NCBI RefSeq assembly: GCF_016433145.1
Contig: NC_058131.1
Location: 462,691,590-462,755,589, forward strand
Origin: Gracilinanus agilis
Taxonomy: Eukaryota
Direction: 5' to 3'
Length of the DNA: 64,000 nucleotides
The notes beneath the pieces were generated by a model, which was given only the letters and a program-made list of their open reading frames with translations, had not been told where the DNA came from and made no database searches. A program made the translations under genes and the position numbers. Below, in pieces: positions 11,031-22,918 of the stretch (the stretch's first letter is position 1; every line of letters starts with the position of its first letter).

Positions 11031-12412
11031 CTGTAAAAGATGGTAGTTATTAAGCAAACTATACATTTTTCTTGTAGGGGAAAAACGCCTATACAGTTTA
11101 TCATCCATAACATTGGCCTAACATCATTTCACATTAACACAAATTCACACTAACCAAACTCCATACTAACCAAACCTTATAGTGGGCAATGGTGGAAATT
11201 AGAGGAAAAGGTTGGGAAGGGGGGTTCGCCTTGGTTGGAAATCCTCTTTTTTTCTTCTCTGCTCTTCCTCTGACCTTTTGCTCTCATTTGCTCTCCCCAA
11301 TACTATTTCTGTGGAATTATCTGGTCCTTATAAGGTTTTCTAGAAGTCAATGTGGTTTCTAGGAGTTGATGAACTCTGGTGGGATATGCCTGTAATACCA
11401 AGGTCACAGTTTAGCTAATCCCACTAACAGTATAACTCATACCTTAAGTGAATACTTAAGACCTTAATAGATTGTGAGGTACAACCACCCACTGAGAATC
11501 TGGCAGAACAGTTACTTTAAGAATATCAAGAGGAAGTGACATCATGACTCTGCTTTGCCATTCATTCCAACTGTTTGTTGACTTAGTGGAATTCTAGGTC
11601 TTCCATATGTTTATAGCAACCTCAGTTATCAACCTTTCTAGTCTTCCTTGTCAATTCGTAGTCAACAACAGTCTGGGCAGGAGGCACTTATACGACATTT
11701 TTGGTGAGGCAATGGTCTCTGGAACAAGCCTCATCCCAACCCTTTGGGGAGGAAGGATTCATTCCTTTAGTAACTAGCAGCAGGACTGTAGAGAACAAAG
11801 AGATATCTAGACTCTCCTTATTAAATGATGGGTTTTCTGTATCTACCTGATAGAGTTGTTTTGTATCCTGTGGGGGCTTAAGATCTGTTATGGCTTTGGC
11901 TTTTCTGAACTTGGTTGAATGCCATGTTGAGTCACAAAGTAGCCCAGAAATTCAACCTCAAGTCAAATTTACACCTCTCTCTGTGAAGCCTAAGTCCAGA
12001 TGCAGGAACAGAAGATAGGATTAAGTACATTTTCCGGGTTGATTTGTTTTATATACAAGGATATCATTTATGAAGAACCTCACACCCAGATAAGAGCTCT
12101 GATTATCTTCCTTTGAAAGATTGCTGATATACATATTATCCCACAAAGAAACTATCTTAAAACAATACTCCTTCCCAATTGAAAGAATTGGTCAGAGGAG
12201 AAATTTCTTCTCTTTACCAAAATTTACTGGATTAGAGGACGTGGTATGACTGGGTAATTTGGACAAGATGGCATCTAGAAAAGGAACTTTCTGCATTTTC
12301 ATTTCATGTGGGCTACTACTGAACCGTAATTCCAATGCTTTGCACCCTCATATAAAGCTTTCTTTCTCTTTGGGCAGCAAAGGAATGGGGATCCTTATTA
12401 TTCCACAGAATA

Positions 12413-12617
12413 CATTGATGAGCAAACTTTTTAAAGAGGGGGCCAATGGAAAGGAAATGCTCATCTGTCAGTCTGTTTCTAAGGCAACTCTTTAGAAGTT
12501 TCATTGTATTGTATTCTACTCATTGTATTTGTCAGATTAGGAACGATGTTGCAGCTGGATAGAATATTTGTCTCCCCCCCCCCATCTGGCCCTCGGGCAG
12601 TAGTTTGCCCATCACTG
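12413..12617. mobile_element. Non-autonomous hAT MITE (CAGTGATGGGCAA TIR family)
   Basis: TIRs cattgatgagcaaac and gtttgcccatcactg; right flank ctctaggt fits the NTCTAGNN Charlie target; inverted homologue of 37800-37989. Confidence 0.8.
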
Positions 12618-13639
12618 CTCTAGGTGAAGCAATGGCTAAAGTACTAGTCCTGGAGTCAGTAGGATCTGAGTTCAAATTTAACCTAAGACTCTTACTAGTT
12701 GTGCAATCTTAGGCAAGTCGCTTAACCTTGTTTGCCTCAATTTCCACATCTGTAAAATGGGATGGAGAAGGAAATGGCAAATCAGTCCAATATCTTTGCC
12801 AAGGAAACTCCAAGTAGGGTCACTAGGAGTCAGACATAATTAGAAAACAAGTGAACAACATTCTTTACAGGAATTCTAAGTGAAAACCTATGATAGTGTT
12901 CTCAGCTCTTTCCTTGATACTTCATAGTATTTGACTTTTCAACAGAATTCAACTTTGTTTATATTATTATTGTTATATTCTTTTCTAGGTTTTCTGGACA
13001 CCAGTCTTAATAAAACCTTACTCTTTGAGGATTATATATATTTGGGGTCATAACAATGATGGAAAAGTGCTACATGCTCTACCAACTTCTATTTCTCAGC
13101 TTGGCCAATGAAATCCAGGATCCCACATCATTCTGGTTTATTGTACGAAATTATTCCAGACTGATTCACGAGAACACTAAAACAGTAAGTCCAGAATTTC
13201 TTGGGTAGTGGCTCTGGATTTACTCAGTCATAGTCATAGAATTTTGGAAGAGGGACCTCAGGAATCCCAAACCATCAGACCATACTGTCCCCTCCTTTCA
13301 TGGATGGAGAAACTCAGGCAAGGAGGTATTAATTGATATTCCAAGGCTGGGCACTTTGGGTACTAACTGTCCTAAAGTGAGATACTTCCTATTGTTTCTC
13401 TGTAAAGATACTTTCTGCTTAATTCTATCAGGAGTGTGATGGAGTTAGTTGGGAATCTACAACCATTGCCAATCAGAGCTTGATTTATTTGGTTTGTTGA
13501 TTGTCTAGTCTTAAAAAGGAATGGAAAAAATGTTTGTAACACAGATTAAGCTTAAAAAATGTGTTGTGCATACATTTTTGCAAAACATTTACCAACTCCT
13601 CTAGGGTTTCTAGCCCTCATTCTTGGGCTAGAGGCTATA

Positions 13640-13790
13640 AGAAATTCATCCAATTCATTACTGAATTAGTGCCTTTTGTTTTGGAGTTGAATTTAGAGGA
13701 AGTAGTTTATCCAGGAGTTGTTTAGGGCAAACTGACCCATGGTTAAGATCTTCTAAAGAACAGAACATTCCTGGATTTACTGGGTCTGAG
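13640..13790. repeat. Dispersed ~150-bp repeat, copy 1
   Basis: Alignable by eye (roughly 85% identity) to 22771-22918 in the same orientation. Confidence 0.85.
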
Positions 13791-14032
13791 TAGATGATTT
13801 CCTTGGGCCATTATTTGCCTACTTTATCTCAGTGACTAGTCACTTTTAAAAGAAGGAATCCATCCATTTGCTCTACGTGGACAGAGGAAGTTTGTAATTT
13901 ACCCATTTCTGAATGCTTGGTCTCTGGTTTCTAGGTCACTAGCACTTTAAAAGCATAATGGAACATGGCTTCTCCGCCATTCTGCTTCTGCTCAATGTCA
14001 GATCTTTTGTCCAATCTGTAGTTTCTGCGTCT

Positions 14033-14132
14033 TAATACTGCCTTAAGATCTCTATTTCTCTCATTAGATCTCTATTACTAATACTGCCTTAAGATCTCTA
14101 TTTCTCTCATAAGATCTCTATTTCTCTCATTA
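14033..14132. repeat. Nested local tandem duplications (unit aagatctctatttctctcat)
   Basis: taatactgccttaagatctctatttctctcat occurs twice, and agatctctatt occurs four times. Confidence 0.85.
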
Positions 14133-15686
14133 GGAATGATGTTTGGCTTTGTTAACAATTAGTCCCTGCCTAGCAGATTAAATTCTGGTTTTCCACTACA
14201 GAAGTCTTATCTTTCCTTTTGTTCCCCATTTTAGCTGGGCATCGCTCTTAAATGATTTGTTCCTGGGCATCATGGATCTCAGCCCTCAGTGGACATTCTT
14301 TGGTCACAACTATCAGAATTTATCTCACACTCTGCTCTGCCTCAGGTCATGGAACAGAAGCTCACCTAAAATAACGACTGTTTGGAATCTCTGAGAAACA
14401 TTGGTAAGAAAAGTAGGCATTATATAATTATGTCCACTTTACAGATGGAGAAAAAGAGACACAGAAAAGTTAAGGGATTTGTTGGTGGCTCACAAGGTTA
14501 ATAAGTAATTCAGTTCAACAAATATTTATCGTGCTTGCTTTGTACCAGGCTATTATGGTAGGTGCTGGACATACAAAGATGAAAATCAAAGTAATAAATA
14601 AATGGGTTATATATTGTATATCTACATGTACACGTAGATGATAGGATCATATCAATAAAATAAAATCATCTAGTCCAGCTCCATTTTACAGAAGAAGAAA
14701 TTGAGGCTCAGAGTTAAGTGACTTGCCCAAAGTCACACAGGCAGTAAAATGGAAGAACTGTGTGATTTGAACTCAGATCCTTTGACTCTAGGTTCAGCAC
14801 TCTTTCCTCTGCCCCTGCTCTCAAGCAGTTTACATCCTACTTTCCAGATATTGAATCCAAGTCTTTTCCAAAGGTCTTCCCATTATATCATGTTGCTGGT
14901 ATTCAAAGATGTGTCAGAAAACACCACCATTTTCCCTTTGTTCTGGTGATACTCATGAAATCCAATCTTTCTCACAGTGAGCATTTATGTTGGGACCCAG
15001 CATTCTTCATATTTTCCCGATACTACATCATAATCATTATGTTCCCCCTCAGTCCCAACTAAAGGTAAGAGATGTCCTCCATTTCATGATTTATAGCTCA
15101 AATTAAGTCCTTGATTTGCATCACCTAAGGATCTTCATACAGTTTTTACTGGCTGTTGCCTTTATTTTGACCAGTATGAAAAACTGGTTGACACATGGGG
15201 CTTTTGAAGATTTAAAGTAAAGTCCTGGCTTAACCCAGGCTTATTTGTCCCTAAGCAAATGTCTTAGTCTCAGCAGAGATTCTAGCTAAAGACCTAAAAC
15301 TTTCCTACTCCTTTTATTTCCTTTTTTTCCTTCTGATGGTTAATGTTAAATTGGTAGAAGGGCTCATTAAAGCAATAAGAGACAGGTTTGTTGACACTAT
15401 GTGAAGATGAGGCCTGCTAAAATGAGGCTAGCCAAGAACTTGGACACAGCCTAAGGGTAGGTAAACTTATCAATTGTTTTTTGTAGTCTGCAAGGATTCA
15501 GTAGAACATGTTGGAAAACCTGGCTTCAGATACCAGCTCTATCACTTCCTTGCCTAAGTGGTCTTAGGCAAATCACTTCTTTGGGACTCCTTTTCCTTAT
15601 CTCTAAAATGGGAAGGTCCAACAAAAGACCTTCCAAGGGCTTTCAAGTCTAAATCTATGATTAACATTAAGACAAAGCTTTAGACT

Positions 15687-15881
15687 CAGTGGGAGAAATC
15701 CTCATTTGACATGAGTTCCCTCCCCAGCATCTCCCTTTCCCTAGACAGGGGAGGGAGGAAGGGCTCCCATTGGGCTACTGGGCAGAGGGACAGGTCATGT
15801 GAGAAATGTCCTCAGGAACTTGTGGAGAGGGGGAGGGGAGCAGCCCCCTCTGGTACAGGTGCCATAGGTTTGCCAACACAG
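15687..15881. mobile_element. Degenerate hAT MITE related to 25408-25717
   Basis: Shared interior (acaggggaggga..gtggagaggggaggggagcagc) and right end ggtgccataggtttgcca. Left end uncertain. Confidence 0.6.
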
Positions 15882-17299
15882 CCTGTGACAACAACTTTAT
15901 GAGGCAAATGGATATTCCAGAAGAACTAAGAAATGATTCTGAGAAACAGAAGAAAAGGGATCTTGGAAATTTTCACATCTGAGCCATAATTAGGAGTTAC
16001 AAAAAATCAGACACAACTAAAGAGCAACACCTCATCCATTCATTCTCAAAACACATCTTTCACATTCCCACATATCCTTTTCTTTCCCATGACCTCCCCA
16101 TTCTACTCTCAATTTAAAATGCCTATTATCTAATATATGTATAACCCAGTGGAATTGCTTGTCAACTCTGGGAGGGAGGAGTGAAGAGGGTAGGGAGACA
16201 ACATGAATCATGGAACCATGGGGAAAAAAATTTTAATTAAATTTAAAATAAATTGGATTTGTTCACATAAAAAAAATAAATAAATGAAATGCCTATCATC
16301 CATCTGAATCTAAGTCATCTCTGAAGACCTTACTCAAGTCCCACCTTCTCTACAAACTTGGTCTAACTTCCTCCCCAGCCCACAAAAAAGTATATTTTTA
16401 TCTGTATCCTCTTATCTAATAATTATATTCTAGATGTATTTTTATCTCCAACTAGATTATAAGTGCCTTGATATTCCTTCATGTTCTTCATAGTTTAAGC
16501 ACAGACAGAACTTTGACCAGAGGCATTGTCTGCTGACAAACTGGTATATGTGAAGGGTTGGGCAGCCTCTGTGATGCCCAATGCCAGTAGTTACTCTGTT
16601 CTAGGAATCTCATGCCTACCACTGCCTCTGAGGCTACCCTGGCCCTAAGTTATAAAACCTACCCCCTTCTCTCCTTGCCAGGGGGTTGGTCTGGGTAGGG
16701 TTTCAAGGTGCATGGTATCTCAGGTATAGAAATAACAGATCAGAGCCCTATTTGTTTATAAGTTAAGAGGGGTCCTCAGAATATCTCAATGCTTATGTTT
16801 TCATCTGGGACATATGTTTGAACTTAAAGAAAAAGTGTCTGCTATTCTATCAATGTTCAAGCATTACTTCTGGCACAAAAGCTACAAAGGTACTTTTCCC
16901 CTCACTCTAGTACTACTGTATCATTGACAGTTATTTGAAACCCTCTTAAGGAGTGAAATGGATGCCTTTAATTTTGGTAGTTAAAAGAATGTTTGAAGGT
17001 TAAACACTGGCTTAGGAATAATTTTAAATCAGTATTTCAAACTATTTGGATGATATTACAAATAAAAAAATGGTTTTACTTACCTAAGCTTTTTTGAGTG
17101 AAAGGAAAGTTGTTGTCCACTTTTATTCTCATACAGGGAAACCTGAGATAGTCTTAAAGTATAAGAAGGTTTAGGTTAATGTGTCAGTAACATTCATCAG
17201 CATACAAATTCCCAAGCTTTATTTCTTATTACTATGTCATATTAATTATTATATTTATTTACTATTGCACCACAAGAAATGAGAAACAAAACAATCACC

Positions 17300-17760
17300 A
17301 AAAAATTGGAAGAGCATATAAAATGATGCAAAGTGAAGTGAACAGAACCAGGAGAACATTGTACACAGTAACGACAAAAATGATGAACAACTATATGATC
17401 AATAATGTATGATTATCAGCATTGCAAGGATCCAGGACAATCAGGACAACTCATGACAAAAAAGGATATCCTGCACCATAAAAGGAAGTGACCTAGTCTG
17501 TAGAGATTGAGGCATTCTTCACTTTATTTCCTCCATTAATTTTTCGCTAGTGCAAGCCATATGTATTTTCTTTTACAACATGATGAACATGGAAATATAT
17601 ATTGTATGATAATACCTGTACAACCCATATCACATTACCTGTTGTTTTGGGGGAAGGAGGGAGAGAGAGAGAGAGATCATGGATGGGAAAATTCCAGAAA
17701 GCGATTAGGTTAGTGTCAACAATGTAATTGAGAAAAAATTTTTAATTGATCTAAATTTTT
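17300..17760 (+). mobile_element. L1 3' end fragment
   Basis: gatgcaaagtgaagtgaacagaaccaggagaacattgtacacagtaac followed by the standard marsupial L1 tail. Confidence 0.8.
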
Positions 17761-19486
17761 TTATATTTGTTGTTGTGCTGTCATTTTCAGTCATACTTGA
17801 CTCTTCGTGATCCCTTTAAGTCACCTCTTCTTGGCAAAGATAATGGAGTAGTTTGCTATTTCCTTGTCCAGCTCATTTTACAGATGAGGAAACTGAGGCA
17901 AACAGGGTTAAGTGACTTGCCTGGGATTACACAGCTGATTTAGTGTCTGAGGATGGATATGAACTCAGGGCTTCTTGACTCCAGGCCCAGTACTCTATCC
18001 ATTGTGCATCTAGCTGCCCCAATAATTCTACAGTCTTTTGTAATTATAAAGTGCTTTTTTTGTTGTTGTTTTGTTTTTTAAACCCTTAGGTTCCGTCTTG
18101 GAATCAATGTTGATTCCAAGACAGAAGAGCAGTAAGGGCTAGGCAATGGGGGGTTAAGTGACTTGTCTAGAGTCACACAGCTAGGAAGTGTCTGAGGCCA
18201 AATTTGAACCTAGGACCTCCCATCTCTAGGCCTAGCTACCCAGCTGCCCCCAAGTGGTTTTTTTTAATACATATTTTGATACAACCCTGTGAGACAGATA
18301 CTACACATTGGTTAAATAATCATTTACCCATTGGCTATTTTCCAAGGCAAGTAAATGGTGGTTAGGGGTTGGCGAAAGAAGAGTACCTCAAACCCAGGCC
18401 TTCTTACTTTAAGAATAGTATTCTCTCCACTCTTTCCTCTCTATCTATATGCATTAATCACAGTGACTATTCGGTTCAAAAACCTACAACACTCCTAACC
18501 TTTTCCCTGGTAGTCTGTGATCTTAGTGATTACAAACACAGGGTCTGATATTTTAGAAATTACTGAATAGAAGTTTCTGGGATACATAATGTGGGAATGA
18601 GCAAAAACCTATTAATTTAGGCTCATGAATTGCTAGAAATATTGTGACATTCTTTTAGGTTGAAAATTCACAAATGTTTGGTATGTAATAAAAATTATGC
18701 TAATCTTTTAAATGTTATCAGTTTGTTACACAAATCATATGCCAGTGGATGTTTATTTTCATCATCTGTTACTATATTCTTCATTTGTGAAGAAGGTAGA
18801 TGAAGCTGTGTTTTCCTACTATAATGAAAGATGTCTTAAATATTATCTAAGATAGTTATAAAAACTATTATATGTTAAGACATATGAAACACATTATACA
18901 TAGAAGACATTTATTCATTAAAAGCTAAATACAATGCCATATTTTTGGGAAGTTAACTAAAAGGAAAAGTAATCAAAGAACTACTTAGACTACTTGATAT
19001 GGATATTATATAAAATATTTAAACTATCTGAGCAATGGAAAGAATGTAGTGGAAAGATCACTGGGCTGAAAATCAGAAGACCCGGTAGGAGTCCCTATTT
19101 CATCCCTTACTAGTTATGTAACCTTGGGAAACTTACTTCATCTCTGAGCCTCAATTTTATGATCTATAAAATGGGAAAATAATATTTATTCTAACTCACA
19201 GAGTTGTTCTGAGAAAAGCACTTTATTAGATGTAAAAGTCTTTTTAAGAAGAACATATTGCTCTAAATTAACCTGTTAATTCTTTAAATGACAGTCTGGG
19301 GGAAAAAAAACTTCATGCCATTAACTATAAAGTTCAATATTTGATATAAGTACACATATTAGGTAACTAACATTCTGGAAACATAAAGGTATTTCTAGGC
19401 ATATTCCTTTGACAGCTTCAACAAATTCTCAATAAGAACTAATCAGCTTTTTTAAACATTAAGAGTATTTTACTTTTTTTTTTTAC

Positions 19487-19551
19487 CTTTTTAATTTAAG
19501 AGTATTGGTTTCCTGATCCCAGTACCATCTCCCTAGGGGTGGAGATGAAGG
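19487..19551 (-). CDS. PPP1R36: PPP1R36 coding exon, 65 nt, phase 0-2 (PSSPPLGRWYWDQETNTLKLK)
   Basis: Acceptor tttgcttttcag and donor AG/gtaaaa. Matches the PPP1R36 LGMWYWKDETRTLEFR motif and joins the 87-nt exon in frame through AGT (Ser). Confidence 0.88.
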
Positions 19552-19915
19552 CTGAAAAGCAAAAGATAGTGGCAAAAATGAATTATTAAAAGTATCATTT
19601 ATAGGTATGTCTCGATGAAATCCCAAGTATCTTCAGCTTTACTCTTCTCTGGTGGTTCCTTAAATGAAGATCTAGGAAGACTTTATTCAACTTGCTTCCA
19701 CAAAAGTACAACCCTTCCCCTTTTGAATTTGTGCTTCCATTACTTCGCTGGTTGAAGTTTTGAGGAAGGGATATGTCTATACTATTTTATGGAAAGCCCA
19801 AAAGTCACCATTTGCCACTGATTTTGGACTCTGGGATCTATTTAATAATGCCAAAAGGACGATCCGGTAGCCGTTCTACTCAGATAAAAGATTTTCTTAA
19901 AGGAAGAGCCTACCC

Positions 19916-19923
19916 TGACGTCA
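19916..19923. promoter_or_regulatory. Full palindromic cAMP response element TGACGTCA
   Basis: Exact motif with its CpG retained in a CpG-poor genome; function not shown. Confidence 0.5.
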
Positions 19924-20464
19924 GTGCAGATCGAGGTCATTACCCTGGAATATCTCCAAATGAAAAGATTAAGGCAACTAAAACCATCCTAAACCCCACT
20001 TTCGCGGGTACTACTCCAGCTCGCTCCCAGAAAATCCATGCAATTTTACAGACATTTGATCCCTTTGAATGTTATCTTGTTTTTGCTTGAGGGCTCAGCA
20101 TTGAATCAGAGGTGTTGGCCTCCAAGTTTTTAAGAGCTTCCCAGACATTATGCTTCTGAGCACACAAACTCATGATGACGAAACAGATGCAGGATCTGGT
20201 AGGCAAGGGACATAATGCCCCCACCCCTATTTTTTAGGGAAAGGCACTACCAAACAGTACCCCTAGGCTTCCTGAAGCGTTGGAAGCGCCGCCCAACTCC
20301 CAAGCCCTTAACTCCCGCCCTCAGGGGCAGCAGACGAATGCAAAGTCTAGTCCACCTACTGTAGCCAATCCGCTCTCGGATCTCCTTACAGCTCCCTCGT
20401 CCAATCGGGTGCCTTGCCGGGAGAGGGGCTCAGCTGCAGCTGGTGCGAGGTTGTCGCTTTTTAC

Positions 20465-20533
20465 CGCGGAACTGGGGGAATCTTCTCTGCAGATAAGTCC
20501 GCAGCAAAGTGCGCGAGGCCGTGGCGCCGGCAT
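20465..20533 (-). CDS. PPP1R36: Candidate PPP1R36 exon, 69 nt, phase 0 (MPAPRPRALCCGLICREDSPSSA)
   Basis: Begins at an ATG directly preceded by an acceptor-like cgcccctcag and ends at GCG/gtaaaa. In frame with the 65-nt exon. No recognisable protein similarity. Confidence 0.4.
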
Positions 20534-20661
20534 CTGAGGGGCGGGCGTGCCTCCGCCTCAGCCTTCGCCTCTGCCTCCGCCTACTCCTTCTCTCACTGTT
20601 TTGCTGCTGCACTGGGAAAGGGAGAGAAGAGCCGGGGTGGGGGGATTGGGATCGCACTTGC

Positions 20662-21036
20662 CTTCACAACGTTCAACCGCCCCTTTCTCGAGCCGGTCTC
20701 GGAAGTTCGGGGCGTGACTGAGCGTCTCCACCCCCCGCGCTCACTCCTTCTTTTCTCCACCACCTGTGGGGGCAGGAAGCGTTGGCTGGGCACCAAGCTT
20801 TCCGAGACGTGATGGCTGGGGCTTTTGGAAGCCGCCACCACTGCGTGCTTGAACATCGGGAACTTCTGCCCATGACTGATTTTTTGGCTCTTCTGGCAGA
20901 ATCTCTGGCGGATGCAAGGCCGCAGCCGGGAAAGAGGTATAGTGGCAGCTGCAGCCGCGGCCTCGGCAGCCACCGCTACAAAAGCCAGTTCATCACTATC
21001 TAAAGAACTTTCGGAGTCCTCGCTCTCCAACTCCAT
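20662..21036 (-). CDS. PPP1R36: Candidate PPP1R36 first coding exon, 125 codons (MELESEDSESSLDSDELAFVAVAAEAAAAAA...RLNVVK), ending at a GC donor
   Basis: Strong Kozak context gaggcATGG; 147-codon ORF; consensus AAG/gcaagt GC-type donor in phase 0. Homology not recognised. Confidence 0.35.
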
Positions 21037-22770
21037 GCCTCAGGACGCTGCTCCGGCCTCCGTTGCTTATAGGAGGCGTGGGGTGGCGAGTCGTCACAGA
21101 GACCACCATCATGATCTGCTGGTTCAGAGAATGCCTCCTCTAGATTCTATCTGCAACCTCGACCAGTTGCTGCCGGGCACTGACCTGAACACCTGGCTTT
21201 GGATCCTGTAGAAAGGGCTCTGTCCTTTACTCAGTTGCCTCCCGGAGATGGTAGTCTGTCCATCTCTAAAAAGTGGGATAACACTGCTCTTTGGAGCTCG
21301 CCTAGCTCGCGGTGTTGTCATAAAGTTTGAAAAGGAGAGTGTGAAGGTGCTTTGTAAATAATATATTCTTCTACCGTGTTTTTAAAGGTCCTGCCCCTCC
21401 TTTAAACCCCTCCTCCCCCCAACCTCCGTATTAAGTGCACAGAACCACGACACAATGTACCATAGAGGATTTCAGATGAAGCCTTTTTGGAGTTCAGCTG
21501 CCTGTAGGGGTGTCTTGTCATCTTGAAATGTGCTTCTATTATTTTTCTACTTTTTAGTGTCTAGGAAAAATAGAGAACTAGAATTCATGCATAATTGCTG
21601 TGCTAGCCCTACAAAAGAAAATCCCTTAGATTTTTTCTAGATAATGGTACATTTCATATGTGTCTTAGACAAGACGTTCTAACTTTATAGAACAGGACTT
21701 AGCTTTGGGCGTCTATAAATTTCATTAGACCAAAATATTAAGATGATTCCCAGTTTTATTTCATTAAAAGTAAAGGGAAACTGCTGCAGTGCCTATGGTG
21801 AAAAATGAAAACTGACATTATGCTCTTGTGTATTTGACGTTTCTAAAAGCAGATCTTCTAAGATTCATGAGATGTTATTCTAAGGTGGTTTAGAGCTGAA
21901 TTTATCCATGCATTTTCTGATTAGGTGTTAAGACTCCTAATTTTTAATTAGAGGGCCCACCTTTAATTGTCAGCAAAAGATCTTGTTCGAAATCTGACTA
22001 AAAGATTTGACTTGAATTTTGTCTATTTCTCATATATATATATATATAGTTTGGGGAAAGTTTAAGAGGATTATTAGTTTAATCAGCTTGAATGTTAACA
22101 TTTCCACTTGTTTCGACCCAGAAAGTCGGTACTATTTTCTGTCTTCCTCACTTAAGCTGCTCTAAAATAAAATTTGAGTTCAAAGGATCCTTATACAAAC
22201 AAATCCAGACAGGACTTCAAAGACCATCTGATCCAAACTCTTATTTTACAGAAGTAAACCGAGGCCCAAATAGATTAAGGGGCTTGCTCAAGGTTATACA
22301 AAAGCAGGATTTGAATAGGAGATTCATCACTGCTCATTCTTTTGTCCCTTGGGTAGACATTTTCTTTACTTCCCATGTTAATTTTTTTAATGTACAAAAA
22401 TTCCTTTCAAACATCTGGGAGTTGGTTTAGAGTTGGGAAGAGTAATTTTGAATTGTAAATCAAGATAGAAATCTATACATGTTAGTCAGTTGTGTGCTCC
22501 CCTCCTCCCAACATTTCCTAGCCAGGTTATCTGTGAGTATATGTATATATAAGTATTCATACAGACTTTCTGGAGCAAATTAGTCATGGAAAAATCATGA
22601 GGTAGGTAGAACAAGAGCTACAGATAGCATGATCACTAATATACTAAAATATTCACTAGGTTAACTTTGATTTTTTTACTCCTGGATAAACCCTACAATC
22701 CTTCCTCTACGTCTTAACTAAAATGGAAAGGTACTAGGTCTTCCCTAGAGGCATTCATCCAATTCCCTAG

Positions 22771-22918
22771 AGAAATTCATCCAATTCATTATTGAATTAG
22801 TGCCTTTTGTTTTGGAATTGAATTTAGAGAAAGCAGTTTATCTAGGAGTTTAGGGCTGACTGACCAAAGGTTAAGATCGCCTGAAGAACAAAACATTTCT
22901 GGATTTATTGGGTCTGAG
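22771..22918. repeat. Dispersed ~150-bp repeat, copy 2, preceded by a local ttccctagag..ttcatccaa duplication
   Basis: Matches 13640-13790; the only indel seen is 3 nt. Confidence 0.85.

Larger units (their letters stand above)
20270..21330. promoter_or_regulatory. PPP1R36: CpG island marking the PPP1R36 promoter / first exon(s)
   Basis: Abrupt GC- and CpG-rich block directly 5' (minus strand) of the 65-nt exon. Confidence 0.8.

Noticed and set aside
19643-19671. 29-nt micro-exon candidate (tcctag acceptor, gtaaag donor) just upstream of the 65-nt PPP1R36 exon
   Set aside because: Needs a phase-1 upstream donor in a frame without a convincing start; no homology recognised.
21124-21321. 65-aa ORF in the same frame as the 21036 ATG
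   Set aside because: Two stops separate it from the downstream ORF; at most a uORF, with no further support.
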